64,000 nucleotides of DNA. Source: Acidobacteriota bacterium (GTDB lineage Bacteria > Acidobacteriota > Vicinamibacteria > Vicinamibacterales > CAVVIG01). Of the stretch, positions 10,884 to 19,115 are shown piece after piece. Where the stretch lies: contig JAYTXA010000055.1 of assembly GCA_043743165.1 (NCBI GenBank), positions 11,123 to 75,122 on the forward strand, in the 5' to 3' direction. Position 1 is the stretch's first letter. Each line of letters starts with the position of its first letter. The notes beneath the pieces are model-generated. The model was not told the origin of the DNA. It saw nothing but the letters and a program-made list of their open reading frames with translations, and made no database searches. The position numbers and the translations under genes are program-made.

Positions 10884-11013
10884 TCAGGCGGAGTCCTTGG
10901 CGACCCTGCTGAGCATTGCGAAGAGTTCGTCTCACCGCAATCCCAGCGCAATGTCCGGTTCGTAGAGTGAGTGCGCGCGGTTCGGTGGCCGTGCCATTCC
11001 CGGAGACCATTCG

Positions 11014-11766
11014 ATGAACAGACATCTGCTGTATGCGGTGGCGTTGGTAGTTGCGAGCGCCTCGACAGGGTTCGCGCAGGATTACAACAAGGGCTGAGTG
11101 GACGTGAACGTCGGGGTCGCGACCGCGGCCGAAGACTCGTTCAGCTCGACGCGCGTCCTCACCATCGCGCAGGAACGTGGCGGTGGCTCGGTGGCGTACG
11201 GCGTGCCGCGCGGCGGCTCGTTCGACGTTGGCGGCGGTTACATGTTCAGTCGACGCGTCGGGCTTGGTGTCAGCCTGGCCGGGACGGCACACGAAGACAT
11301 TGCCGGCCTTGCCGTGTCGGTGCCACACCCCCTTGTCTTCAATGCGTCGGCGACCGATGCCACCGTCACCGACAGCGCGCTGACCAGGACCGAGGGCGCC
11401 TGGCACATCCAGGCCATGGCCGTCGCCGTTGACACCCCGCGTGTGCGCGTTCGTGTGTTTGGCGGGCCGTCGTACATCCGTGCCGAACAGCAGGTCATCG
11501 ACGGCATCAAGTACGACCAGGCGTTCCAGGTCTTCGGGCGCGGCAACGTCGTCGACATCACGTCTTACACCTCGACGAAGTCGGTCGGTACCGCGTGGGG
11601 CTTCCACGCCGGCGGCGATGTCTCGGTCTTCTTCAATCGCGTCGTCGGCGTCGGCGGCTTTGCGCGTCTGAGCCGCGCGACGACTGAAATCGACGACTAC
11701 GGCGGGGCGCACGACATCAAGCTGGGCGGGCTGCAGGCCGGCGCGGGCTTGCGTCTCCGGTTCTGA
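11014..11766 (+). pseudogene. Outer-membrane beta-barrel protein interrupted by an in-frame TGA (11095-11097)
   Basis: GGAG then ATG 11014; signal peptide MNRHLLYAVALVVASASTGFAQ; same frame resumes VDVNVG; ends AGLRLRF. Confidence 0.75.
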
Positions 11767-11775
11767 GGAAGAGCT

Positions 11776-12210
11776 ATGACTGCGAGAACGTTCGTTTCGT
11801 CGTTGCTGCTCATGCTGGCGCTGCTGGCTGGCGCCGTGGGCGCGCAGGCGCCGCGTCCAACACTGTTCATCACGCCGTCCGGCGACAACTTCGACACCTA
11901 TCTGGCGGCCGCGATGACGAAGAAGAAGGTGCCGATCACGCTGGTGACGCGTGAGGAGGGTGCCGACCTTGTGCTGAAGACGACGGCTGTCGAGATCCAG
12001 CAGCAGTCGACCGGTTCGAAGATTGCGCGCTGCCTGTTTGCCTACTGTGCGGGCATGGAGGACCGCGGGCTCACCAGCGTGCAGGTGCTGCAGGGCGAGG
12101 TGATTGCCTGGTCGTACTCCGTCAACAAGGGGCGCGGCCAGAAGAACCGGCAGTCACTGGCTGAGGCGATTGCCAAGCACCTGAAGAGCGACTACTTTCA
12201 CGTGCGCTGA
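11776..12210 (+). CDS. Secreted hypothetical protein
   Basis: Signal peptide ending AVGA-Q; GAGG upstream; starts 9 nt after the barrel gene. Confidence 0.75.
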   Translation: MTARTFVSSLLLMLALLAGAVGAQAPRPTLFITPSGDNFDTYLAAAMTKKKVPITLVTREEGADLVLKTTAVEIQQQSTGSKIARCLFAYCAGMEDRGLTSVQVLQGEVIAWSYSVNKGRGQKNRQSLAEAIAKHLKSDYFHVR

Positions 12211-12220
12211 CCGGCGGCGG

Positions 12221-12286
12221 TCACGCCGTCGGCAGGCGCAGCAGCGCGAACGGCAGCGCCGGCTGAAGGCTTGGATCGACCGGCCG
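12221..12286 (-). pseudogene. WYL regulator 3'-end fragment A (66 bp)
   Basis: Encodes RPVDPSLQPALPFALLRLPTA*; 62/66 nt identical to 12960-13025. Confidence 0.9.
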
Positions 12287-12327
12287 CGTCGCCGCAGGTG
12301 GCAGCCGGTGCGCGCCCGATGCTCCGG

Positions 12328-12651
12328 TCAGGCCGGACCGCGCCGTCGGTCCCAGAGCGAGTGTTCCCAGCCGCGAATCACGCCGTTTACGCCGCACATG
12401 GGACAGTGCCAGGCGATCTCCGGCGAGCCCTGCCGCAGGTCCGCGACCAGTTCGCCGCGGCAGCGCTTGCCACCCGCACGACGCCAACACCACACGTTCG
12501 TGGGCCAGACACTTTCGGGCTCATGGTCCGTCGCCCATGCGACGACGGACGTCAAGACCATCGCCAGATTGAGCGCCGGCCCAGGCAGGTCCGCGAGGTC
12601 TTCGCTGTCATCCAGGTAGTGACGCAGATCCGTGACGTACGTGTTGGCCAT
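12328..12651 (-). CDS. Hypothetical Zn-ribbon-like protein
   Basis: CWRR-x5-C...WHCPMCGVNGVIRGW; typical codon usage. Confidence 0.7.
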   Translation of the reverse strand: MANTYVTDLRHYLDDSEDLADLPGPALNLAMVLTSVVAWATDHEPESVWPTNVWCWRRAGGKRCRGELVADLRQGSPEIAWHCPMCGVNGVIRGWEHSLWDRRRGPA

Positions 12652-12663
12652 GAGTATTTGCGC

Positions 12664-12686
12664 GGTCGGGCGGAACGCGCCCGACC
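12664..12686. other. GC hairpin between cargo genes
   Basis: GGTCGGGCG-gaacg-CGCCCGACC. Confidence 0.5.
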
Positions 12687-12717
12687 CACCGTCGGTTGCA
12701 TGCCGTTCCGCAGCCCG

Positions 12718-12930
12718 TCAGGCCGGCACCGTCTCGAGGTCCACATGCAGGGAGTCTGATTGCGGGATCGAGAAGTTCAGCTTCTCGAAACCCAGGACTC
12801 GACCTGACGCGTCCTTCATCAGGACGACCTCGTCGCCTGTTTCCTCGCAGATGTACTCTCGCGAACGCTCCGTGAACCAGACGGTCAGCGTCTTACCTTC
12901 GCGGTCGTAGAACACTTTTACTTCGGCCAT
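12718..12930 (-). CDS. DUF2283-like putative antitoxin, orphan
   Basis: VKVFYDREGKTLTVWF...EETGDEVVLMKDASGRVLGFEKLN. Confidence 0.8.
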   Translation of the reverse strand: MAEVKVFYDREGKTLTVWFTERSREYICEETGDEVVLMKDASGRVLGFEKLNFSIPQSDSLHVDLETVPA

Positions 12931-12959
12931 ATCTGCACTCTTCCCCGCCATTCTACCCG

Positions 12960-13218
12960 TCACGCCGTCGGCAGGCGCAGCAGCGCGAACGGCAGCGCCG
13001 GCTGCAGGTTCGGGTCGACCGGCCGTCGCTCGCCGTCCGGATACAGTCGCCGGCTCGACTCGAGTTCATCCATCGCCCACTGCACCAGGGACGCCGGCGC
13101 CAGCACGCGAACGCCGCTGCCGAAGCTCAGAATCCAGCTGCGGAGGGCGTAGTCGTCGCTGACATTCAGGGTCATGTCCGTCGCGCCGTCGGGCCGGTCG
13201 CGGAACTGCTGCGACGGG
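12960..13218 (-). pseudogene. WYL regulator 3'-end fragment B (259 bp)
   Basis: 16 mismatches versus 13876-14134 by manual alignment. Confidence 0.92.
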
Positions 13219-13325
13219 CGTCTCCCGTGGGGCGCGTTACGAACGTCGCCGATGTTCCGCTCCGTGGGGAAAGAAACCGTGCAACCGCTTTCTGACGGCC
13301 GAAGCGCAGGTGTATATTCGGAGCC

Positions 13326-13565
13326 ATGGCGAATCGGCTTCCAATCCCGCCGCCCGGCTTCGATGAGCTTCCGGTCGAAGACCAGATCGAATACGTCCAG
13401 AGCCTGTGGGACCGTATCGCCGCGTCGGTCAACCAGGTTCCACTCCACGAGTGGCAACGGCGGTTGCTGGAAGAGCGTCTGGCCGAGCACCGGGCGAACC
13501 CTGACGACACGGAGTCGTGGGAGGAATCGCTCGTCGCGCTGAATGAGGAACGCCGCGCGCGGTAG
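13326..13565 (+). CDS. Addiction module antitoxin (TIGR02574-like)
   Basis: LPVEDQIEYVQSLWDRI...WQRRLLEERLAEHRANPDDTESWEE; directly upstream of the toxin. Confidence 0.85.
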   Translation: MANRLPIPPPGFDELPVEDQIEYVQSLWDRIAASVNQVPLHEWQRRLLEERLAEHRANPDDTESWEESLVALNEERRAR

Positions 13566-13868
13566 ATGTCTCGGCTCCGACTCCGCCGCGCTGCCAGGCG
13601 CGACATCGCATCGGCCATCAAGTGGTACGACTCCGAACGCCCCGGGCTTGGTGCAGAGTTCCTGACCGACGTCGACACGACGCTTCGACGCATCCGCGAG
13701 TCGCCCCTGATGTTCCCGGAAGTCGTGCCCCAGACCCGCCGGGCACTCCTGGCACGGTTTCCCTACGGCGTGTTTTTCATGCTCGGGGCCGAAGACCTCG
13801 TCGTCCTGACCGTGAGCCATCTGCACAGGAATCCTGAGAGCTGGCGTTCGCGCAAGTGGGCTCTTTGA
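13566..13868 (+). CDS. RelE/ParE family toxin
   Basis: AARRDIASAIKWYDSERPGLGAEF...RRALLARFPYGVFF...HLHRNPESW. Confidence 0.88.
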   Translation: MSRLRLRRAARRDIASAIKWYDSERPGLGAEFLTDVDTTLRRIRESPLMFPEVVPQTRRALLARFPYGVFFMLGAEDLVVLTVSHLHRNPESWRSRKWAL

Positions 13869-13875
13869 GCATCGC

Positions 13876-14887
13876 CTACGCCGTCGGCAGCCGCAGCAGC
13901 GCGAACGGCAGCACCGGCTGCAGGCTCGGGTCCACCGGCCGGCGCTCGCCGTCCGGATAGAGCCGACGGCTCGACTCGAGCTCGTCCATCGCCCACTGCA
14001 CCAGCGACGCCGGCGCCAGCACGCGAACACCGCTGCCGAAGCTCAGAATCCAGCTGCGCAGGGCGTAGTCGTCGCTGACGTTCAGGGTCATGTCCGTCGC
14101 GCCGTCGGGCCGGTCGCGGAACTGCTGCGACGGGTGCCAGGTGCGTTCCTTCAGGCGGTCTGCGAGAGCAGGTGCGAAGCGCAGGCGGACACGCACTGCC
14201 GGTCCGCGGTAGATGCCGAGCGAGTTGGCGTACGGGTCGGTCTCGAGTTCATCGAGCATCTCGAAGGTGAGCTTGTCGGCCGCTGCCTGGCGAATTCTTT
14301 CAACCGCAAACGTTCGCAGCTCCTTGTGTTCGGGCACCCAGGCCAGCAGGTAGAGGCCGCTCTGCGCATGGACGATGCGGTAGGGGTGGACGACACACCA
14401 CACGGGTGTCCATGATCGCCTCGACCAGGCGGATGGTGATGGCGTGGGTCTGTTCCGTCTGCTTCTTGGCTTGCGGCGACCTCGCGCTGATCGCCTTCGG
14501 CATCAGTTCGAGGAAGCGGCGCATGCTGGGCGACAGTGCGGCGTCCATCTTGTCGAAGGCGCCTTGCAGGTCTTTCAGGAGGGCGCTCTCGGCGAAGCAC
14601 TCGAACAGCGCGCGGCTCATATGCAGCGTGGCCAGTTCGGCGATGGTGAACCCGTCTCTCTCCAGTCTGGCCAGCGCGCGCGGCGGCAACGACCAGTACT
14701 TGCCGTGTTCGTCCTGGTCTTCCTCGAGCGGAAAGCCGGCGGCCTCGAGGGCTTTCAGGTCCCTCCGCACCGTGCGCTCGGTCTTCCCTGTTTCCTCTGC
14801 CAGATGCGCGATGGTGGTGCGGCGGTTGCTGGCCAGGATTCGGAGTATCGACCACTGGCGAATGAGTTCGCTGTTGCGTCCGGGCAA
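13876..14887 (-). pseudogene. HTH-WYL-WCX transcriptional regulator (PafB-like), copy C, frameshifted by a deletion near 14395
   Basis: N-terminal HTH (KTERTVRRDL) in ORF 14300..14887; WYL/WCX (HPYRI, LYLLAW, RTFAVERI, RSWILSFG) in ORF 13876..14403 in another frame. Confidence 0.88.
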
Positions 14888-14919
14888 GCGGGCTCCTGTG
14901 TGGGGCGGTGCTGGTGATT

Positions 14920-16593
14920 CTAGGCGTCGCGCGGCTGCCAGTCGTATCCCGGCTCGGTAGTCAGGCGAGTGTCGTCAACCGCCTGGCCAACGGTGAAGTG
15001 ATAGAGGCTCTGGAACGCATGACCCGTCAAACCGAGAAGGTCGTGCACGCCATCGTCGAAGAAGCAGCCGATGCCGGTGGCGCGGGCACCGGCAGCTTCG
15101 GCGTCCAGGTAGAGCCTCTGTCCCACCATGCCCGTCTCCCAGAACAGCTGCCGGTAGAACGAGGAACCGTACTCCTGCAGGCTCTCGCTGAAGTCGGCGA
15201 GCATGCCCAGGCTGAAGTAGCCGTCGGAGGCGATGGCCTGGCCGCAGCTCAGGCGAGCTGCCATGGCGCGCGCGTCCTGGCGCGACAGCCGCCACAGCGG
15301 CAACGAGTCGTCTGCCTGGTCCCATACGAGTTCAGGCCCGCAGGCTGCACGCAGCCGGTCGAGCACCTGCGCGTCACGCACCAGCACGTACACGCCAGGC
15401 TCGACAGCGTCCACGCGGTGCACGAACAGCACGAGGTGCACGCGCGGTGTCCACCACGCGCTGTCCCATGGAGGCCCCGCCTGTGGCAGCACACTCGAGA
15501 GCATGTCGAGGAAGGTCGACCGGTCGAGCATGGCTCCGCCGTCGAAGGCGACGGCGCTGCGACGCTGCAGCACGAGGGCGCGCGCGTCGATCGCGGGGGT
15601 GCGGGATGCGTCGCGATGGCGCGGTGCGAGCCGCGCCACGATGACGTCGCTCCTTGCCGGCTGCTCCGACGCCTTCGCCACTTCGTCGATGAATGACCAG
15701 GTGACGTGGTCTTCGCTCAACTGGCTCGCGTGTCCCGACCACCGACCGTTGGCCACCGCGTGCACGAGCGACAATGCGGTGTCCTCGGACAGCTGCGGCG
15801 GGTCGCCGGCAGTCAGCGCGATCACGCAGCCGGGTTCCTCGCGCTCGGCATCGATGAAGTCCTGGTCGCGATCGATACCCGCCAGGGCGGCCATCGCCCC
15901 GTGCGAAAAGACCGGCAGCAGCGTGGCGTGCCAGCCCACCAGTGCCACGCCGAACGAGAGCGCGGCCACGGCATGACCGAGGTCGTGCTGGCAATAGCGG
16001 AATGCTCGCTCGCCGTACTTCCACGCCTCGCGCCAGTGAATGGAGGTGAGCACCACGAACAGCAGGTCCGGCTGTCCGCTCAGGGCATCGTTCCACGCCT
16101 CGACATCGACAGAACATCGTTGCTCGAGCAGGTGCCGGTCCGGTGCGTAGTGGTACACGCCTGGCACCACGGCGACCGGCGGCAACGGACCGCAGACGAC
16201 GTAGGCCTCGGTCGGGTGCAGGTTACCGCTGGACGGGTTCACCCGCAGCGGCCAGCGCGCCGCGCCCGCCTGCTTCCAGGCGGAGAGCCCCAGGGAGTGC
16301 CGCAGCACGTCACCGACCAGAGCCGCGGAGAGCGGCTCGGCCACTGCAGGCCGCTGCCGCAGCGCGGCGAAGGATGCCGGCGGTGGCGAGTATTCGCCGG
16401 CATCCACGTCGGGCGACGGATACAGCGGGATCGTTGCCGCCCCGACGTAGGCGCGAAACGGCGCTGGCTGGGACGCCCAGTCCAGGTAACCGAGCGAGCG
16501 CGCGAACCGATGAACGTGGTGCTTGGTACCGTCGTGATAGCGGTAGATCGTGTCGAGCGACGCGGCGTTGCCGAGGGCGTGCTCGCTACACAT
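14920..16593 (-). CDS. SagB/ThcOx-like tandem nitroreductase-domain protein
   Basis: YHDGTKH, LRVNPSSGNLHPTEAY, WKYGERAFRYCQHDLGH, QRRSA, TGIGCFFDD; start uncertain. Confidence 0.88.
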   Translation of the reverse strand: MCSEHALGNAASLDTIYRYHDGTKHHVHRFARSLGYLDWASQPAPFRAYVGAATIPLYPSPDVDAGEYSPPPASFAALRQRPAVAEPLSAALVGDVLRHSLGLSAWKQAGAARWPLRVNPSSGNLHPTEAYVVCGPLPPVAVVPGVYHYAPDRHLLEQRCSVDVEAWNDALSGQPDLLFVVLTSIHWREAWKYGERAFRYCQHDLGHAVAALSFGVALVGWHATLLPVFSHGAMAALAGIDRDQDFIDAEREEPGCVIALTAGDPPQLSEDTALSLVHAVANGRWSGHASQLSEDHVTWSFIDEVAKASEQPARSDVIVARLAPRHRDASRTPAIDARALVLQRRSAVAFDGGAMLDRSTFLDMLSSVLPQAGPPWDSAWWTPRVHLVLFVHRVDAVEPGVYVLVRDAQVLDRLRAACGPELVWDQADDSLPLWRLSRQDARAMAARLSCGQAIASDGYFSLGMLADFSESLQEYGSSFYRQLFWETGMVGQRLYLDAEAAGARATGIGCFFDDGVHDLLGLTGHAFQSLYHFTVGQAVDDTRLTTEPGYDWQPRDA

Positions 16594-16814
16594 ACAGGCG
16601 CCGTAGCATCTCGGCCGCTGAATCGTCCAGCAGTTCGGCCCGGCGCATCCGCTCGCCGTCCCGGTAGCCACGCCAGGCGAGCGCGTCGATCGGGCCCCGG
16701 ATGTAGAGGATGGAATGGAAGTGGGGCGACACGGCTCAGCCGACAGTCATCTTCAGCGTTTCAGTTCCCCAGAGCAACCATGAAATGCATCCGTTATGAG
16801 GGAAGCGCCGCGCA

Positions 16815-17299
16815 CTATCTGCTGTGCGCTCGGGGCGAGTCGTATTTCATCGACACCACGCGGGTGTCCATGATCGCCTCGATCAGGCGGATGGTGATGG
16901 CGTGGGTCTGTTCCGTCTGCTTCTTGGCTTGCGGCGACCTGGCGCTGATCGCCTTCGGCATCAGCGCGAGGAAGCGGCGCATGCTGGGCGACAGGGCGGC
17001 GTCCATCTTGTCGAAGGCGCCTTGCAGGCCTTTCAGGAGGGCGCTCTCGGCGAAGCACTCGAACAGGGCGCGGCTCATATGCAGCGCTGCCAGTTCGGCG
17101 ATGGTGAAGCCGTCTCTCTCCAATCTGGCCAGCGCCCGCGGCGGCAGCGACCAGTACTTGCCCGCTTCGTCCTGATCTTCCTCGAGCGGAAAGCCGGCGG
17201 CCTCGAGGGCTTTCAGGTCGCGCCGCACCGTGCGCTCGGTCTTGCCTGTTTCATCCGCAAGCTGCGCGATGGTGGTGCGACGGTTGCTGGCCAGGGTTC
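16815..17299 (-). pseudogene. WYL regulator 5'-half fragment D
   Basis: Closely similar to about 14395-14841; cut at the 5' side by the IS end at 17300; ends ...DTRVVSMKYDSPRAHSR*. Confidence 0.9.
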
Positions 17300-17637
17300 T
17301 GTCAGTAATCGTGTGAAAGTCCCCCCAGTGTCTATCAGGTGAAAGTCCCCCCTCCCTTCCGAGGGAGAGGACGATGGACGATCAGACGAAGGACGTAGGC
17401 TCGACACCGGTGCCCGGAGCGCCGGTGGAGGGCTGGATGCTGGGAGAAGACGTCGTGCGCGAGGTGCTGGCCCGGTTGGCCCGCGGCGAGCACATCAAAG
17501 CGATCGCGCGCGAGCTGGGGGTCGACAAGAAGACGATCAAGCGGTGGCGGCAGCGCGGCGCCTGGCGGCCGCGCACGCCGCGGGTCTATCCGAAAGCGAT
17601 CGACGCGCATCGGGACTTTCTGGAGCGACGCGGGCCG
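17300..17637 (+). mobile_element. istA: IS21-family remnant: left end plus 5' part of the transposase
   Basis: TGTCAG terminus; GTGAAAGTCCCCCC repeated at 17313 and 17339; HTH IKAIARELGVDKKTIKRW from ATG 17374; no DDE domain or istB. Confidence 0.75.
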
Positions 17638-17642
17638 ACGCG

Positions 17643-17996
17643 ATGCGCAAGTTCGAGTCGATGCCGGAGGTGCGTGAGCTGTTCTGCGCCGGCGGGGTCG
17701 TCGAGGCCGACTACGACAGCATTCGCACTGCGGTGGTGCATCACTGCCTGCTCGAGGAACTCGACGGGTCGCATCCGTACTGGCGCCTGACGTCGCTGCT
17801 GAAGGATGCCGATGGCCTCGACCGGGTGCGCCTGCGCGACCTCGACCCTCTGTTCCTGCGTTACGACGTGTCGCGAACGATGGTGAGCTTCGCTCAGGCA
17901 CTCTTCGATGCGACCCGCGGCCGGATCCCGGCCGGCGACGGACACTTCGGGGAACTGTGGGCCAGCGTCCCGGCTGCCCTTGTGGGTCCCCCCTGA
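17643..17996 (+). CDS. Hypothetical protein or 3' gene fragment fused to the IS remnant
   Basis: Protein-like frame MRKFESMPEVRELF...; no clear RBS. Confidence 0.45.
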   Translation: MRKFESMPEVRELFCAGGVVEADYDSIRTAVVHHCLLEELDGSHPYWRLTSLLKDADGLDRVRLRDLDPLFLRYDVSRTMVSFAQALFDATRGRIPAGDGHFGELWASVPAALVGPP

Positions 17997-18019
17997 AACC
18001 CATACAGTACGAAGCCGAT

Positions 18020-18247
18020 ATGCCCTCTCCCTCATCCTCGACGGCGGCTGCCTCGTTCCAGGCCACCCTCGACCTGTTCCAGACCGGAATGGACCTGATG
18101 CGGCGGAACCTTCGGCGCCGCTTTCCGGACGCCAGCGATGAGGCCATCGAGCAGCGGCTCGGCCAGTGGCTTCGTGATCGGCCGGGTGACGCCGCCTCCA
18201 GCGACCGCTCGGGATCTCAGACCCGCCGCGAGCCGTCCTCGCTGTGA
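18020..18247 (+). CDS. MenA1 (Rv0078B)-like small antitoxin, orphan
   Basis: FQATLDLFQTGMDLMRRNLRRRFPDASDEAIEQRLGQWLRDRPG resembles MenA1 as recalled. Confidence 0.6.
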   Translation: MPSPSSSTAAASFQATLDLFQTGMDLMRRNLRRRFPDASDEAIEQRLGQWLRDRPGDAASSDRSGSQTRREPSSL

Positions 18248-18334
18248 CCGCGCTCGAATCCGCACTGCGGCAGATGCTGGCGCACCCAGTCGACGCAGCC
18301 GCGTCAGCCCGCTAAGGCGTTTTCCAGTATGTGC

Positions 18335-18441
18335 GTAGCTGCCGACCTTCAGGTCGGCCGCGGTCCAGCGCACCTGACCAGCCTCCGCCAAGGCTACGGC
18401 GGTCCGCCGAAGCAGTGCGAAGGCGGAAGGTGCGCGGCTAC
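18335..18441. repeat. Inverted REP pair; the second REP carries a nested insertion
   Basis: GTAGCTGCCGACCTTCAGGTCGGC at 18335-18358; 18368-18441 matches 38360-38433 at 72/74 nt. Confidence 0.85.
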
Positions 18442-18480
18442 GCCACGCCGAAATCGCTCCAGGGCACTGGCGGCCAGCCC

Positions 18481-18912
18481 TCAGAGGCCTTCGATATCGC
18501 CGAGGTCTTTCGTACGACCGGTGGCACGCTTGTTCCGGATGAACGCGTCGCGACCGATGAACGCAACAGCCACGTCGCCCAATGCGCCAGGCTCACGCGT
18601 CGCCCACGCCTGCTCGAACTGGATGCCGGTCAACTCGGTGAGGACGTCGATGCGGCCAGGCGGCACGCCCATCTGGAAGACGACGCCGGGACGAGCAAAG
18701 TCGTCCTGTGCCACTTGGTCGAGCGGCGCGCCGAAGGCGGCCAACGCCCGCATCACCCTCGGCGCATTTTCGGCTGTCGCCTCCACCCAGACATCGAGGT
18801 CGCCAGTAGCGCGCGGCCGGCCGTGGTGCGCGAGTGCATAGGCACCAACCACCAGGAAGCGGACGTCAGCCGCGGAGAAGGCGCGCAACAGATCGACAAA
18901 GTCCGGGTTCAT
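18481..18912 (-). CDS. Pol-beta superfamily nucleotidyltransferase (DUF6036-like)
   Basis: VVGAYALAHHGRPRATGDLDVWV; NKRATGRTKDLGD. Confidence 0.85.
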   Translation of the reverse strand: MNPDFVDLLRAFSAADVRFLVVGAYALAHHGRPRATGDLDVWVEATAENAPRVMRALAAFGAPLDQVAQDDFARPGVVFQMGVPPGRIDVLTELTGIQFEQAWATREPGALGDVAVAFIGRDAFIRNKRATGRTKDLGDIEGL

Positions 18913-19078
18913 CAGGCTTCCGTCCGAGAAGTTCCCACTGCTCGACCGACAACCGCCATGCAAACCGGACACGTTCGTCGGGCGCGATGCTGCGCCAGTA
19001 CGCGGCATCGTGACGGTCGGCCTCAGCGTTCGACGCGAACCGCTGAACCGTCATGTTGGCGCGAGTCACAGGGGGCAC
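18866..19078 (-). CDS. Small partner protein, putative antitoxin
   Basis: EADRHDAAYWRSIAPDERV; overlaps the NTase start; TATACT 6 nt before GTG. Confidence 0.7.
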   Translation of the reverse strand: MPPVTRANMTVQRFASNAEADRHDAAYWRSIAPDERVRFAWRLSVEQWELLGRKPDEPGLCRSVARLLRG

Positions 19079-19115
19079 GAGGGGAGTATAGCGGGACGCG
19101 CACCCGGCCGCGGAT

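Noticed and set aside
11095..11097. Selenocysteine or genetic-code reassignment of TGA
   Set aside because: TGA is the normal stop in many genes here; the context is a beta-barrel strand, not a redox site, and no SECIS was recognised.
12960..14030. 356-aa ORF ending in the WYL C-terminus
   Set aside because: Chance read-through antisense to the TA module into fragment B; the N-terminal part is not protein-like.
12221..14134. Integron (attC) or CRISPR interpretation of the repeated sequence
   Set aside because: The repeats are protein-coding WYL 3' ends of unequal length; no attC boxes, integrase, cas genes or regular spacers seen.
12960..14134. Diversity-generating retroelement TR/VR pair
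   Set aside because: Mismatches are mostly synonymous third positions rather than adenine-specific, and no reverse transcriptase is in the window.
14920..16593. RiPP (azole-containing peptide) gene cluster
   Set aside because: No YcaO, precursor peptide or dedicated transporter nearby; the gene looks like a stand-alone tandem nitroreductase.
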